From assembly GCA_964016885.1 (NCBI GenBank), contig OZ024745.1:48794001-48858000 (forward strand): 64,000 nucleotides of DNA, read 5' to 3'. Source of the DNA: Eledone cirrhosa. Its lineage: Eukaryota. The translations under genes and the position numbers were made by a program. The notes under the pieces were generated by a model. It ran no database searches and had not been told where the DNA came from. It saw nothing but the letters and a program-made list of their open reading frames with translations. Below are positions 1 through 12,330 of the stretch, one piece after another (position 1 is the stretch's first letter; each line of letters begins with the position of its first letter).

Positions 1-1078
1 ATACAATCGCTACCACCACCACAACCAATATCACATAGTTTTTATTTATTTTTATAAAAAATATAATTAAATACCGGAAATGAAATTCTGCAAATAATAA
101 TTTTAGAAATACTCCATTTTGTTTTCAATGTTATCTGTTTCATTACCATATGCATATTATTTACAAAGGTTTTTGAAAATAATCAAGAATTAGGAGGAAT
201 TTAATAATATAACAAACTTTTTCATTAATAAGCTGGTGCTTGGGACGTAATTTCACAAAGGTTCTAACATAAAATTATAATGGAAGGCTATTTTTATTAT
301 AAAGCAGTGACATTAATTGCTAGAGCTTTACACCTGAATTCTTCTGGAGCTGAATTGAATTTTAAGGTGGACTTCAGAAACAAAAAAAAAACATTGATAT
401 TTGCAAGAGAAAATTAACATGAACATGAACTTTCTAAACATATGGTAGTGTTTTTCAGATATGATTTTTATTGAAAGACATTTGGTCTCAACATGTAAGC
501 TTCTCTATTTTTGTCTCTGTTTCCTACATTTTGTCATGTGGGACCTTGCACAAAATACACAGAATCTTATCATTAGGTACAGCAATGATTTAAACTTTGT
601 TGACTGAGACTGAATAATTTCATTATTTTGATAGCAAACCACCTGAAACTAACCCTGCTTCTACTATTCAAAAATATTTGTTTTAAAGTGCTTATATTTA
701 TCTAAAAACCTTCCAGCATGTAAAACAATTTTATGTAAGAATATTTGTTAAATTATGCTCCAAATACCAGCTATATAATGAGAAAATTAGTAATATTAAT
801 AAATCCATCCAAATTCTTGATTATTTTCAAAATTATTTAAAAAACAATGGCTGTTTTTCATTCTAAGTATTGAAATGAAAGGGTTGAATAAAGGTCCATT
901 GTATTGTGGCTTTTATCATTAATATATTATGATGGCATTAATGACTAATTAAATGAACGGTAATATGAGTGATAACTGAATTGATATAGAAATTTAGAAA
1001 TCTAACCCACTTTTCATTTGAAATAAAACATTGGTCTTAATATGTTCTTATATATTTGTATTATGTATTATTTCCCAG

Positions 1079-1243
1079 TGGATGGTGAGTGGTCTGAATG
1101 GAGTGAATGGTCAGCATGCAGCAGAACATGCAAAGGAGGAACACGAGAACGTACCAGAATGTGCTATGAACCAAAATTTGGTGGACAAATCTGTCTTGGA
1201 GACAAAATACAACTACAAAAGTGTAATGTTAAAAGTTGCCAAA
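1079..1243 (+). CDS. HMCN1: Hemicentin exon: TSP1 repeat (VDGEWSEWSEWSACSRTCKGG...CNVKSCQ)
   Basis: cccag| acceptor, |gtaagg donor, 165 bp phase 1-1; WxxWxxW and CSxTC motifs. Confidence 0.92.
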
Positions 1244-1744
1244 GTAAGGATTTTTCAATTATTGCTAAATCTATTGAGAATACATCAACATCAAGTAACA
1301 TCACTTAATCTTCCCTATAAATCAAAGATCTATAAGAGAAATCAGTATTATTTAGTGATTTTATTTGTCTTTCTACATTATTGTCAACATTAACACACAC
1401 TAATAGCTGTGGTCATTTTTATTTGAGACAGAAGCAATACTCACAACCATTTTGAGCTCTCAAACTCTGTTGTAAGCATTTAGGCCAGGTTTCCAGTTTG
1501 AGGATACTTTCTTCCTAACTTCCCATCAATCTTAGAGACAAGAAAAAGAATTTTGGACTTAGCACTTCCCTTCTTTACTAAATCATTAAAAAAAAAACAT
1601 TACTAAGAGAAAAAGTTTCACTATATTATAAAGTAGTTCTATTAATCTTTACATAAAAGTAATTAATTTGTTTAAACTTGAACTTTTTATTATCTGCACC
1701 AAATACACAATATTACTGTTTAGAAATTCAAATTTATTTTTCAG

Positions 1745-1888
1745 GAAATATTGTTAAAGCACTTGGCAACATCATTGGTGTTGTGAATGATCGGAATATT
1801 TCAGGAGCCTCACTGACGGCTCGTGTTGTTACAAAAAAAGAAAAGACACTGGTTAAAGGAACCGCAAAAAAACTTCCAAAGGTTATTG
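1745..1888 (+). CDS. HMCN1: Hemicentin exon: G2F start (NIVKALGNIIGVVND...LPKVI)
   Basis: ttcag| acceptor, |gtctgt donor, 144 bp phase 1-1. Confidence 0.85.
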
Positions 1889-2517
1889 GTCTGTATACTT
1901 AATTCCATTATAATTGTTTTCACATCTTACACTAAAATTACTCTTCATTTTTCCTCCCCAAAATTTAGCATTAAAAACATATACCAGTAACATAAGATCT
2001 AAATAGGATGTTTTTATATTTTAGTTATTCCTACTCTTATGCATTTTAATTCTTTTATAATTAGAAAGTGCACTATATATTATATGCTCCCTCTTCTTTT
2101 CTAATCACATTCTCAAGCCTTGAAAGAATGGAGACAACTCATTAGCTTTGCAGGGATATGCAACCTCTCTAGTGTTGGTGCCATGATAAAATGCACTCAG
2201 TAGCTAGTGCTTGAACATAAACAACATAGAAAGGACATGACAACTTCTTTAGTGCTGGTTTCACAATAGAATTCATCCACCAAACCCTATTAAGAGGTTG
2301 GTTTTAACCATAGTAACCCTGCCACAAATAAAATGTAGTCCTCAGATCCATCTATGGGGGCAGAGACTCCAAATAATAGCTACTTTGGACAATAAGAATC
2401 TGTCTAACCCATGCCAACATAGAAAGCATAGATATAAAATGATGTATTGGTTGGAGTGATTATCCCTTCTGATTAATACTCCCTGCAAAAACTGAGTTAA
2501 CAAAGCATGTGTCTTAC

Positions 2518-2549
<32 letters not shown>

Positions 2550-2830
2550 AATTGTGTAAAGTGCTCAGGTGCACCACAACTCGTCAATATAGTACATAGA
2601 ATAATACACAAATGTCAGGGAAGTACATGTGTGTATGTGTTAGCTGTAGTGTTGGCAGATCTCAGGAAGCATGGAGGCCTTAAAGGATGCAGTGTCTCGA
2701 CAGCTAACAACTGATGCAGGTAGTTTGTTCCATGCTTCAGCAACTCTGAGCGTGAAAAAATGTTTCCGAAAGTCATGGGAACTGTGCTGTTTTCTTACTT
2801 TGTGGGCATGTCCACGTGTGTTAGACACAT
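2518..2830 (-). mobile_element. CR1-like LINE 3' fragment with (ATT)n tail
   Basis: ORF 2640-2870 nearly matches the C-terminus of ORF 61745-62836. Confidence 0.88.
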
Positions 2831-3451
2831 ATGAAATATAAATAACTGAATAATCTACTAAATTATTCATATAGATTCCTCATAGAACTTTCTTTGTGTT
2901 ATACATTTTTATCTCCTGGGGAAATTACTTTAAAACATTGATTTATGTTTGTTATTTTTGTTTATCCCTTAACTAAGAAATCTAGTCATGACTGTTTCAT
3001 CTTTTTAGGAGTATCTAGCACTACATTATCTAATATTAACTTTCCTTTTTAAAGTTGGTAAAGGTGTGTTATTATGGATATTTGGCAGCTATTTCTAGTA
3101 GGTCAAATGACCACATAGAAGCTCATTTGTTGGTTTGGTATTCTCTCTCAAACATATATTTATTTACATCACAAACATCTTCATATAATGAACAATGTGT
3201 TTTATAACCCTGATTGCTGACAACTGACACATTCCAGTTTTATTAGATCTCATCAGGAAAGCACAGTCTAACCATTACTAAAAAATATATTCTTTTAAGT
3301 TATAATGTCACTCAGTATTTATTCTCAAAAACCCTATATAGTTCATTAGTTATCTAAGATCTGTAGTGATGGTTAGACTTTGCTCTCCTGCTTATATTAA
3401 TACACTTAAACTATTGTCATTGTTGATGTATATTTCAATTTTCCATTCCAG

Positions 3452-3589
3452 TTCCATATATGAGGAATTTAATATCAATTTTAAGCCCAGTCTACTGGAC
3501 AACAGCCAAAGAAAGACATGGTGCTTACAATGGTTTTACACTTACAAAAGGCAAATTCACTAAACATCTTCAAGTTGAATTCTTGACAG
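3452..3589 (+). CDS. HMCN1: Hemicentin exon: G2F (PYMRNLISILSPVYWTTAKE...VEFLT)
   Basis: tccag| acceptor, |gttggt donor, 138 bp; conserved hemicentin G2F motif. Confidence 0.92.
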
Positions 3590-4323
3590 GTTGGTAAATA
3601 GATTTTTTTAAATCCAAATAAAGTTAAAACTCTTGTTAAAACTTAGAGTAAAGTTTTAATACACCACTAAAGTGACTTAATTATCACCTATCCATGGTAA
3701 AACTCACTTTAATAATGGCTACATAATATTCAAATCTAACTGCAACAAACAAATTAATTTTCCAAGCCGGTGTCTGAAGCAATATTCCAATTTATTTTGT
3801 AGCAAAATACATAGAAGTGCTCTCTGCTATACAACACCTGTATCAACATAAAATCTGTCTGATTTTCTTATTAGTATAAGACAACTGCTTGTAGCGGGAC
3901 AAAGACCATTATCTATTAAATAATTCTATGTTTCATTATGATGATGATGAGTCCACCAAACTAATATTTTAACCCTTTTATTATTATATTTCGAATTGAA
4001 ATACTCTGCTTACGTGTTTGAATAATCAGTACTAAATATATATAATTTATGAATATGAATGAGTTATGGAGATATACACATATGTGTAGAATGATTTATA
4101 TAAAAAAAAGCAATTCTTTACCCAAAGAGCCTCTCTTTACATCTAACAGAAAGAGCAGGCCCCCTCAAATGTATAGGCCTATCTCAGCTGACCCATCATC
4201 ACTATTCTGGTCTGTGTATATATGTAACATGCATGTATGTGTGTATTTGCATGTACTTTTTTTACTTAACATTTGTATAAATGTATGTGTACATTTGAGT
4301 AAAAATAATTCAATTTATTTCAG

Positions 4324-4479
4324 GGGAAATATTGAAAATGAGTCACTACGCCAAAGGTGTTGATAAAGATGGCAATCTTCTGCTTGATATTGTTGTCCGT
4401 GGAAATGTACCACAGCTTAATGATTCAGGACAAATCACTTTAGAACCATTCAAAGAAAATTACATACAAACTGGACCAG
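4324..4479 (+). CDS. HMCN1: Hemicentin exon: G2F (EILKMSHYAKGVDKDGNLLLDIVV...YIQTGP)
   Basis: ttcag| acceptor, |gtaacc donor, 156 bp. Confidence 0.92.
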
Positions 4480-5531
4480 GTAACCAGCATTCTTTATTTT
4501 TATCAAAATAACAGTTTAATGCATTCTTAAGAAAAAAAATCTGGCAGTTGATATTGTTTTTATGATTATATTGTCACTGTTTTCATGTTTTTTTTTATGT
4601 GTTTACTGTATAGTCATGTGCCCATAAACCATTCAGAATTGTGGAGACTAAAGGGAGGAGAAAGGAAAGTATTCTCAAACCAAAAACCTGGTACAAATAC
4701 TTGCAACAGAATAGACTTTGCTAAAGACACTCAAATGTCAGATGGCAATGTCAAACTGAATGACAGATTAAATCTACCACCACAGGCTGAAAAAGGATTT
4801 GAAATACAAAGAGCCAGAAAAATACTACAAGTCATCTCATCTGAGGCTCTAATATTTTCATAATTTCACTGTCCTCAGCAGGTCTTTATTTTATCAGTCC
4901 TGAAAGAATGAAAGTCAAAGTTGATCTTGGTGCAGAGAACCAGAAGGCATTTTGTCCTATGCTGTAACAACTGACAATTCACCACCTTTGGGGTGATGAT
5001 GAAAATACACACCTCTGTTGATTATCTTATTAATGCAAGCAATAGAATAACAGTTTTTTTAAAGATGGTGTTGATGATAATATAGTTATTTATTGCTTTA
5101 TTGTTATAACTCTAAATAAATATTTCATGGGGAAGATGTGGACTCTGTAAGTTGTAGTGAAGGTAACCCATCTAGGTGAGCAAAAACTCTGAATAATTAT
5201 TTGTGCAGGGAAGGTGGGCTTACCGAGCCATAGTAAAAGCAACTTATCTCTGACAGCAGAAACTTTGAATGAAAACTGATAGAGTGGGAAGAGAACACTT
5301 AAGTGGTGGTGGTGGTTAGTGAGTAATGGTGGTGGTTAGTGGGTAATGGTGGTGATAATGATGGCAACAGTGGTAGTGGCGGTGCTATAATAAAAAGAAT
5401 CAGAAGAAAGTAAAAAAATGAAATATAGTAGAGCTATTCCATAATCAGTGAAAAAGCAATCCATTGAAATAGATTCCTCTAAGTAATATTTTTTTCTCAT
5501 TCATTTCAAATTTAATTATTTTATTTTTCAG

Positions 5532-5735
5532 GTTCTATTTATGCTTATTCCTCTCGAAGATTTTCAATAAATGGAATCCCTGTACCATATGCCTGGAATC
5601 ACTCTATCACTTATGATGAAAATTCTGGAACAATGCCTTACTTGGTTCAAACACTCCAAACCTATTCTCTGAAATCAAAAATAAACAGTGCAAGAAAAAT
5701 GATTAAATTTAATTTATATACCAAAATACGACCAG
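5532..5735 (+). CDS. HMCN1: Hemicentin exon: G2F end (SIYAYSSRRFSINGIPVPYAWNHSI...KIRP)
   Basis: ttcag| acceptor, |gtgcca donor, 204 bp. Confidence 0.9.
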
Positions 5736-6737
5736 GTGCCACCTTTTTATAATTTTATAATTTACAATTAACAGCTTGAATAATCATCCGAAATATAGGG
5801 AACATGATTTGGTACTTATTATCTCATGATTTGGTACTTATTGTATCAAAGTTAAGGTCCCCAATATATTTAAGTTTAATCTCATCAAAGCTATCTTTGC
5901 CCCATCGGAGTTGATTAAATTATAACTGTCTGAGTTCAAATCACACAAGGATGAAATATGCTTTACATCTTTCCAGATCAATAAGTACACATCAAGTCAA
6001 AAAGAATGTCTTCTTGAGCAACAAGGGATGATACCAACCCTCTAATCTGTAGCTCAAATTCCACCAAATTGTTTTTAAAAAGTAACATATTATTGAACAA
6101 TAATTTTTGTTATTTTATTTTTTGTTACTATTTATTCAAGGAGGTAATGACAATAGCATTTCAGGGCCTTTATAGGGCCTTCAAGACTGAGGGGAATGGG
6201 GTAGAAAGTTATTCTAAAACCAGAGACTTGGCCCAAATGAACTCTGAGCAATGGATTAAGTCTAACATCTAAGTAAACCCTATTGGGATTTGAACTCGGA
6301 GTACAAAGAGCTAGAAGAAGTACAACATGGTATCTCATCAGATGGGTTAAAAATTCTGTCAATCAACTGACATAGCCTAGTACTTTATTTTATCAAGCCT
6401 GAATGGATGAAAGGCAAAGTTGACCCCAATAAGATTTGAACTCGTGAGTGCAGAAAGCTAGCTAGAATAATACCATTAAAAGCATTTTATACTATACTCT
6501 GCTTCTGCCAATTTGCTATGTAGACCTGAATATACAAAAAGATGGGATGATCAGAGCTTTTTATCACAGATTTGCTCAATCCCAGTTGACATGGTCCATT
6601 TACTTTTATATGAGAATATATTAGATAAACTTCATTATACACTTCCCCCATCTATTCACTAGAAGATGATATATATAGGTGTACCATATATATAATTGAA
6701 ATTAAGCATCCATTATTGTTTTTTTTATATTTTTCAG

Positions 6738-6800
6738 GTTACCCAAGCAATCAGTGTCCTCAGGGATTTTTCTTGGAATCACAAGGACTTTACTGTTATG
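6738..6800 (+). CDS. HMCN1: Hemicentin exon: linker (YPSNQCPQGFFLESQGLYCY)
   Basis: ttcag| acceptor, |gtatgt donor, 63 bp; resembles SNQCPxGF of hemicentin-1. Confidence 0.9.
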
Positions 6801-7297
6801 GTATGTTACATTATCTACCTTTGTGTTATATCTGAATGTTTCCATTCCCTTTTGTATTAATTGATTCTTCAAATATTGAGAATCAAAATCAAAATCTAAG
6901 TCAAATTTTTTTTTTCTCCAACAAAAGTGTCCTTCCCAGAGTCAACCAATTTAACCAGAGGCCTGTTAGTTGTTGTTGTTGGACCTGCATTATTTCCAAC
7001 AATGAGTGCTCCAGTTGATTCAATCACTGGAAAGCCTGCTCATGAACTTACTATAAGTGGCTGAGCATGTGGCAGCCTTAACATAGTTCTTAAGCATTAC
7101 ACAATGTGTGACAAAGAGGACCCTTGAATAAAAAGTACAACTCATTTTTTTCAGCTGAGTGGACTGGAACAATGAGGAATTGAAATCCTGACCTTATGCT
7201 CATGAACACCAAAACTACAAAGACACATGCCTTTACAGCCAGAGACCTAATAGTCTAAATATTATACAGCATTTGAATTGTGTTTTAAAAACATTAT

Positions 7298-7481
7298 TTG
7301 GCAGTATTGGTAGAGGGTCAGACGCCATGCTTTGCAGCAAAGAGTTACGGCCCTTTATGGTTTGAGTTCAAATCCTGCCGAGGTTAACTTTGCGTTTCAT
7401 CCTTACGGGGTCGATAAAATAAAGTACCAGTAATACACTGGGGTAATTACTGGCCTTGTGCCAAAAGTAGAAACAATTATT
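7298..7481 (+). mobile_element. SINE family N (tRNA-like head; core gcctttcatccttacggggtcgataaaataaagtaccag; tail agtagaaacaattatt)
   Basis: B-box-like gagttcaaatcc; multiple near-identical copies in window. Confidence 0.85.
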
Positions 7482-7638
7482 TATAATTTCTGATACAAAT
7501 ATTCTAATCACACAGCTCCTTGAATACAATTTATGTAAACCTCTACATTTTCAGATCATCTATTCAGTAAATCTAGAATATACTTTTATATGTATGAGAG
7601 TTCAGACTTCATATTTATGATTTTTTTTTCATATTTAG

Positions 7639-7758
7639 ATGAAGATGAATGTCACCAAGCTGATATTTGTTCTCATTTTTGTCACAACTCTCCTGGAAGT
7701 TATTCCTGTTCATGTGAACGAGGATTTACACTGGATACTGATCGATCAACTTGTATTG
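7639..7758 (+). CDS. HMCN1: Hemicentin exon: cbEGF 1 (DEDECHQADIC...STCI)
   Basis: ttag| acceptor, |gtgagt donor, 120 bp, six-Cys EGF. Confidence 0.93.
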
Positions 7759-7860
7759 GTGAGTAATTCTGAAGTTTATTTTTTCATCCTAATTTTTTCA
7801 TACTAATCTGTTAGAGCATCTGATTACATGTCTCTCTGCATTCTGAGTTAAAATCCCACC

Positions 7861-7861
<1 letters not shown>

Positions 7862-7891
<30 letters not shown>

Positions 7892-7912
7892 CTTCTTCTT
7901 CTTCTTCTTCTT
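7862..7912. repeat. (CTT)n microsatellite
   Basis: About 17 perfect units. Confidence 0.95.
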
Positions 7913-8100
7913 GAAAGGGTTAATGAAGCTTATCTCCATTCCTTTTCATTTACTACATCAACTGTAACACTGCATAAGTACTTGTTCACTATACATTTGT
8001 ACTGATAAAATAATTGTTTCAAAAAAATTCAAGCTAACTCAAAACTCAATCGACTGTTTATACATTTTTATTACTGATTTCATTGTTTCTTTCTTCTCAG

Positions 8101-8235
8101 ATATTAACGAGTGTTTGAACCCTTTTGAAAGTTGTTTCAAGGGAGAAGACTGCATCAATACAGTTGGTTCTTTTGAATGTTATCCTTCTTGTCCTCTGGG
8201 TTTCAAGCGTGAAGATGAAAAACCCAAGTGTATAG
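8101..8235 (+). CDS. HMCN1: Hemicentin exon: cbEGF 2 (DINECLNPFESC...KPKCI)
   Basis: ctcag| acceptor, |gtatga donor, 135 bp. Confidence 0.93.
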
Positions 8236-8732
8236 GTATGAATGACTTGTTATATAAAAAAAATAAGAATTACCTTGTTTCGTCACTTCTTCCCTAAAAC
8301 AAAGAGACCATTCTTAAGCATTTGATAAATCTAAATTTATATTGTATTTGTTGTCAGTGGCCATTAGTTTAAGAATATTACATACATGTAAAGATTTTAA
8401 TGTAAAATGAGTTAGCCTAACATAAAGCAAAACAACTTCTTTAATGTTGTTGCCATGATACATATATTATTAGATTTTCATGTTAAAGGCTGAATCTCTC
8501 ATAATTATCTCACATAATATCGAACCTATGACATTTTGATTATTAATTTTGAGAACAATACTTTAACATAAGTCTGAGCAGCCAATTACAGCCGGTTTGA
8601 ACAGAAAGAGGTGAGAGAATTCTGGCCGGATATGGCCAGTTTAAATGCTAAAGGGTTAAATTATTATTTAATGACTATTCTGTAATGTTTTCAATTTGTC
8701 TCACCGATATCTTCTACTTTGTTACTTTACAG

Positions 8733-8852
8733 ATATAAATGAATGTGAGATGCCATCAGTAAATATCTGTGAACAACAATGTGTTAACACTGAGGGTAGT
8801 TTCAGATGTAATTGTTTTGTTGGTTTTACATTTAATGGCTCACAATGTCTTG
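8733..8852 (+). CDS. HMCN1: Hemicentin exon: cbEGF 3 (DINECEMPSVNIC...SQCL)
   Basis: tacag| acceptor, |gtaagt donor, 120 bp. Confidence 0.93.
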
Positions 8853-8873
8853 GTAAGTACAACTTTTACTAAC

Positions 8874-9500
8874 TGATGTTGTTGTTGTTGTTGTCATGTT
8901 GTTGTTGTTATTGTTGTTGTTGTAATTGTTGTTACTGTTGTTGTTGTTATTGTTGTTGTTGTAATTGTTTTGTTGGTTTTATATTTAATGGCTCACACTG
9001 TCTTGGAAAGTACAACTTTTACTAACAGTTGTTGTTACTGATGTTGTTGTTGTTACTGTTAATGTTGTTATTGTTATTGTTGTTGTTGTTGTTGTTGTTG
9101 TTATTATTATTATTGTTGAGGGTGGTGGATTGGCCGTATCGATAGAGGGTCGGACGCCATACTTTTCAGCACAGAGTTACGTCCCTTTACAGACTTAATT
9201 CAAATCCTGCCAAGGTTAACTTTGCCTTTCATCCTTACGGGGTCGATAAAATAAAGTACCAGTAATGTACTGGGTAATTGCTGGCCTTGTGCCAACAGTA
9301 GAAACAATTATTATTGTTGATGTTGTTAGTGTTGTTATTATTGTTATTGTTATTATAATTGTTGTTGATGTTTTTATTGCTTTGTTTGTATTGTTGTTGA
9401 TGTTGTTTTTATTGTTATTGTTGTTTTTATTGCTGTTGTTTGTATTGTTCTTGTTTTTATTGTTGCTGTTGGTGTTGTTGTTGTTTGTATCATAGTTGTT
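8874..9500. repeat. Compound (GTT/ATT)n microsatellite field interrupted by a duplicate and a SINE
   Basis: Direct observation. Confidence 0.9.
9120..9315 (+). mobile_element. SINE family N, embedded in (GTT)n; diverged relative at ~9525-9770
   Basis: Same core and tail. Confidence 0.85.
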
Positions 9501-9770
9501 GGCCTTATGCCTGAATTAGAAACCATGGATTGGCAGAATTGTTTGGCCGTCGGACAAAGTACTTTCTGGTATGTCTTCTGACTCTTTACTTTCTGAGTTG
9601 AAACACTGCCACGGTCAAATTTGCCTTTCATCCTTCCAAAGTTGATAAAATAAAGTTCCAGTCAAATACAGGGGTCGATGTAATCGAATTTCCCTCCTCT
9701 GCAAAAAAAAAAAAAAAGAAGAAAAATAATAATAAATAAAAAATAAAAAATTGCTGACCAAAATGAGAAA

Positions 9771-9771
9771 T

Positions 9772-9804
<33 letters not shown>

Positions 9805-9912
9805 CACAATCACCACCACCACCATTACTACTACTACTACTACTAATAATAATAATAATAATAATAATGATGATAATAATTTCACCACCACTACTACTAC
9901 TATCATTATTAT
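9771..9912. repeat. Compound (ACT)/(ACC)/(AAT) microsatellite
   Basis: Direct observation; abuts an exon acceptor. Confidence 0.9.
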
Positions 9913-9916
9913 TCAG

Positions 9917-10030
9917 ATTATGATGAGTGTGCAGATAAGCCTTGTGATCAAACCTGTGAAAATACTCATGGCAGCTTTAGATGTCATTGTGACACTGGAT
10001 ATCGTCTTAGAGAAGACGGAACATGTGATG
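9917..10030 (+). CDS. HMCN1: Hemicentin exon: cbEGF 4 (DYDECADKPC...DGTCD)
   Basis: ttcag| acceptor, |gtaaga donor, 114 bp, six Cys intact. Confidence 0.9.
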
Positions 10031-10196
10031 GTAAGAAGCAATAAATTTCTTCAATCTTATTTTAATGTCATATATGTTATTGAAAATATTTCTACAAAAT
10101 GGAGCACTTTTGTTGTTATGTTATGTTTTAACCCTTTTGTTACCATATTTCTAATGAAATACACTGCTTGTGTGTTTCAATTAATTTTGAAAATTA

Positions 10197-11049
10197 CACT
10201 GGGTAACACGATTTTTGTCCTTGAGTAGCAACTATTATTTTCTATTTGCTTATGCCTAGAAAGTATGAAAAATGGTTAATATTTTCTTAAACTTTGCTTT
10301 TATGGTCATGGTAATATTTCTAGTTTACCCATTGAGTAAACTACCAAATGTGAACATTCTCCTTCAAGCAAAGTTGGAATAAAATGACATGATTAAAAGA
10401 GTAGCACTTATTTATTCTAGGATTATACAATCAGCCCCTATATATAGTCTCCCATCATGTTTTTATTATATGATCCTTGATAACGACATTCAAAGTCAAG
10501 TATATCCTGGTGGAAGTGCTCACCTTGCTCTTCAGAGTATGAATAAGCATCAAGGATGTATACTTTGAAGGACATCCTGCAACCCATTTTGCTGAAGTTC
10601 TTCACCAGGGTCTCAACAAGCTCCACATAATTTTCAGCTTTGTAATTCCCCAGGAAGCCCCAAACCACTGTAACAAAGCCGTTCCATGCTACCTCCTCTG
10701 TCTTAGTGAGCTTCTTGGGGAAATCCTTGCATTCCGTGATCTTCCTTATTTGTAGTCCGATGAAGACACCGGCTTTCACTTTTGCCTCAGACAGCTTAGG
10801 GAAGAAGTCTCGAAGGTACTTGAAGGCTACTGACTTCTTATCTAGAGCTGAGACAAACTGTTTCATAAAGCCCAATTTTAAGTGAAGTGATGGGAACAAT
10901 ACCTTCCAGAGATCAACCAGTGGCTGTCAAAGTCACAAAAGTAAAGATAGAGGAGAATAATAGTTTTTTCCTGTGCTTTCTAGACAGAAGAAAGCAGGAA
11001 ATAGCACTTATTGATCAAAGACCAAAAAAAGTAATATTTTTGTTACATG
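10197..11049 (-). mobile_element. Internally deleted DNA transposon relic, probably Chapaev/CMC-like transposase C-terminus
   Basis: ORF 10438-10899 (LHLKLG..KQFV.AL, FP.LSEAKVKAGVFIG.QIR, FLGN.KA.NY, GC.MS.K, SEEQGE.FHQD..RYQG) is a widespread transposase-derived family; terminus CACTGGGTAAC at 10197 and degenerate partner near 11035-11049. Confidence 0.65.
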
Positions 11050-11168
11050 ATATTTGCATGTCATTTTTAATTGACATTTTACAGTCATTTTTAACACTCA
11101 TTTTCAAGTGATCCGCATCATATTTTTTAATCAATGTGAAAATTTTAAAATAAATGTTATTATTTCAG

Positions 11169-11300
11169 ATATCGATGAATGCTCAGAAGGACAGAATGAC
11201 TGTGATTTCCGGCACAAATGTGAAAATACAATTGGAAGCTATAAGTGTGCTAGAATCTGCCCTTCAGGCTTTAAACTAGGATTTGGAAGTGCATGCATTG
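11169..11300 (+). CDS. HMCN1: Hemicentin exon: cbEGF 5 (DIDECSEGQNDC...SACI)
   Basis: ttcag| acceptor, |gtaagt donor, 132 bp. Confidence 0.93.
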
Positions 11301-11920
11301 GTAAGTAAGCTACACTTCTATAATGAATCATGATGTGTTAGTACGACTGCTAATTAATCCTAGCTGGTCGGGCTCGCACTATATATAAGTGAGCATGTTT
11401 CATATGCAAAAAATTATATAAGCTATAGCTTATTCTTGCTTCAGTATTAAGTGAGTAGACATCCCAATGTGGAATAAAATCCTGAAACACATGTCTGGTG
11501 TTCTCACATAGCTACTGAAATATATGTGACATAACCACAGCTTAAAATATTCAGAGCAAAACTTATATATGTTTATTATATATAAACATATCATATATTC
11601 CTTCTTAAACACCTCTATTATAATTAAACCATAACTCAAATCTGTGGGTGTAAGTCACAGCACAAATATAGTCTTCTCTATATCAAGAGAGAATAGCTAG
11701 CTACTGTATAAAGAAAAAGAGCTATTAAGACATTTAGTGCTTTTTTGTGTGTGTGTGTGGGGGGGGGGGGGGGGATCTGCTGACATATTTAGTGGTATTT
11801 ACAGCTACACAGCATTGTCATAGATTTGATTGGAGCTAAGGTGTCTTTAAAATGTTCATTGACATATTTCTCTATTACAAAAACCTAATTGCTTGTTTTT
11901 TTATATTAATTTCTTGATAG

Positions 11921-12049
11921 ATATTGATGAATGTGACCTAAGAAAGCACCTATGTCATGCAACACAAAACTGCATAAACATTCAGGGAAGTTATGAATGT
12001 ACCTGTCAATCAGGATATACATCAGCTGGAGCAGGCCATGAATGTAGTG
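11921..12049 (+). CDS. HMCN1: Hemicentin exon: cbEGF 6 (DIDECDLRKHLC...HECS)
   Basis: gatag| acceptor, |gtaaga donor, 129 bp. Confidence 0.93.
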
Positions 12050-12330
12050 GTAAGATGTTTCTTTGTTGTCTGTATTTTATTTACAATAATCTAATGTTCA
12101 GTTACAAGATATTAAATATTACTCATTATAAACAACTATAAAAAGTACTTATAGCTTTCTTTGTTTTTAATATATATTTACATATGAATTAATCAACTCT
12201 TTTAGCTTCAATAGCTGATGATAATACATCTTTAACAAACAACCTATCATAAACTGAATTATCAAAAGAATGCTAGTGATGAATTTACATAAAAAATTAT
12301 GTTTCAGCATGTATAACTTCTTTAGTTACT

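Noticed and set aside
1031-1393. 120-aa ORF as an independent gene
   Set aside because: Alternative frame over the TSP1 exon; most other short ORFs in the track are low-complexity or repeat-derived noise
9265-9906. Hydrophobic or Thr-rich ORFs (poly-V/L/T)
   Set aside because: Translations of trinucleotide microsatellites and SINE sequence
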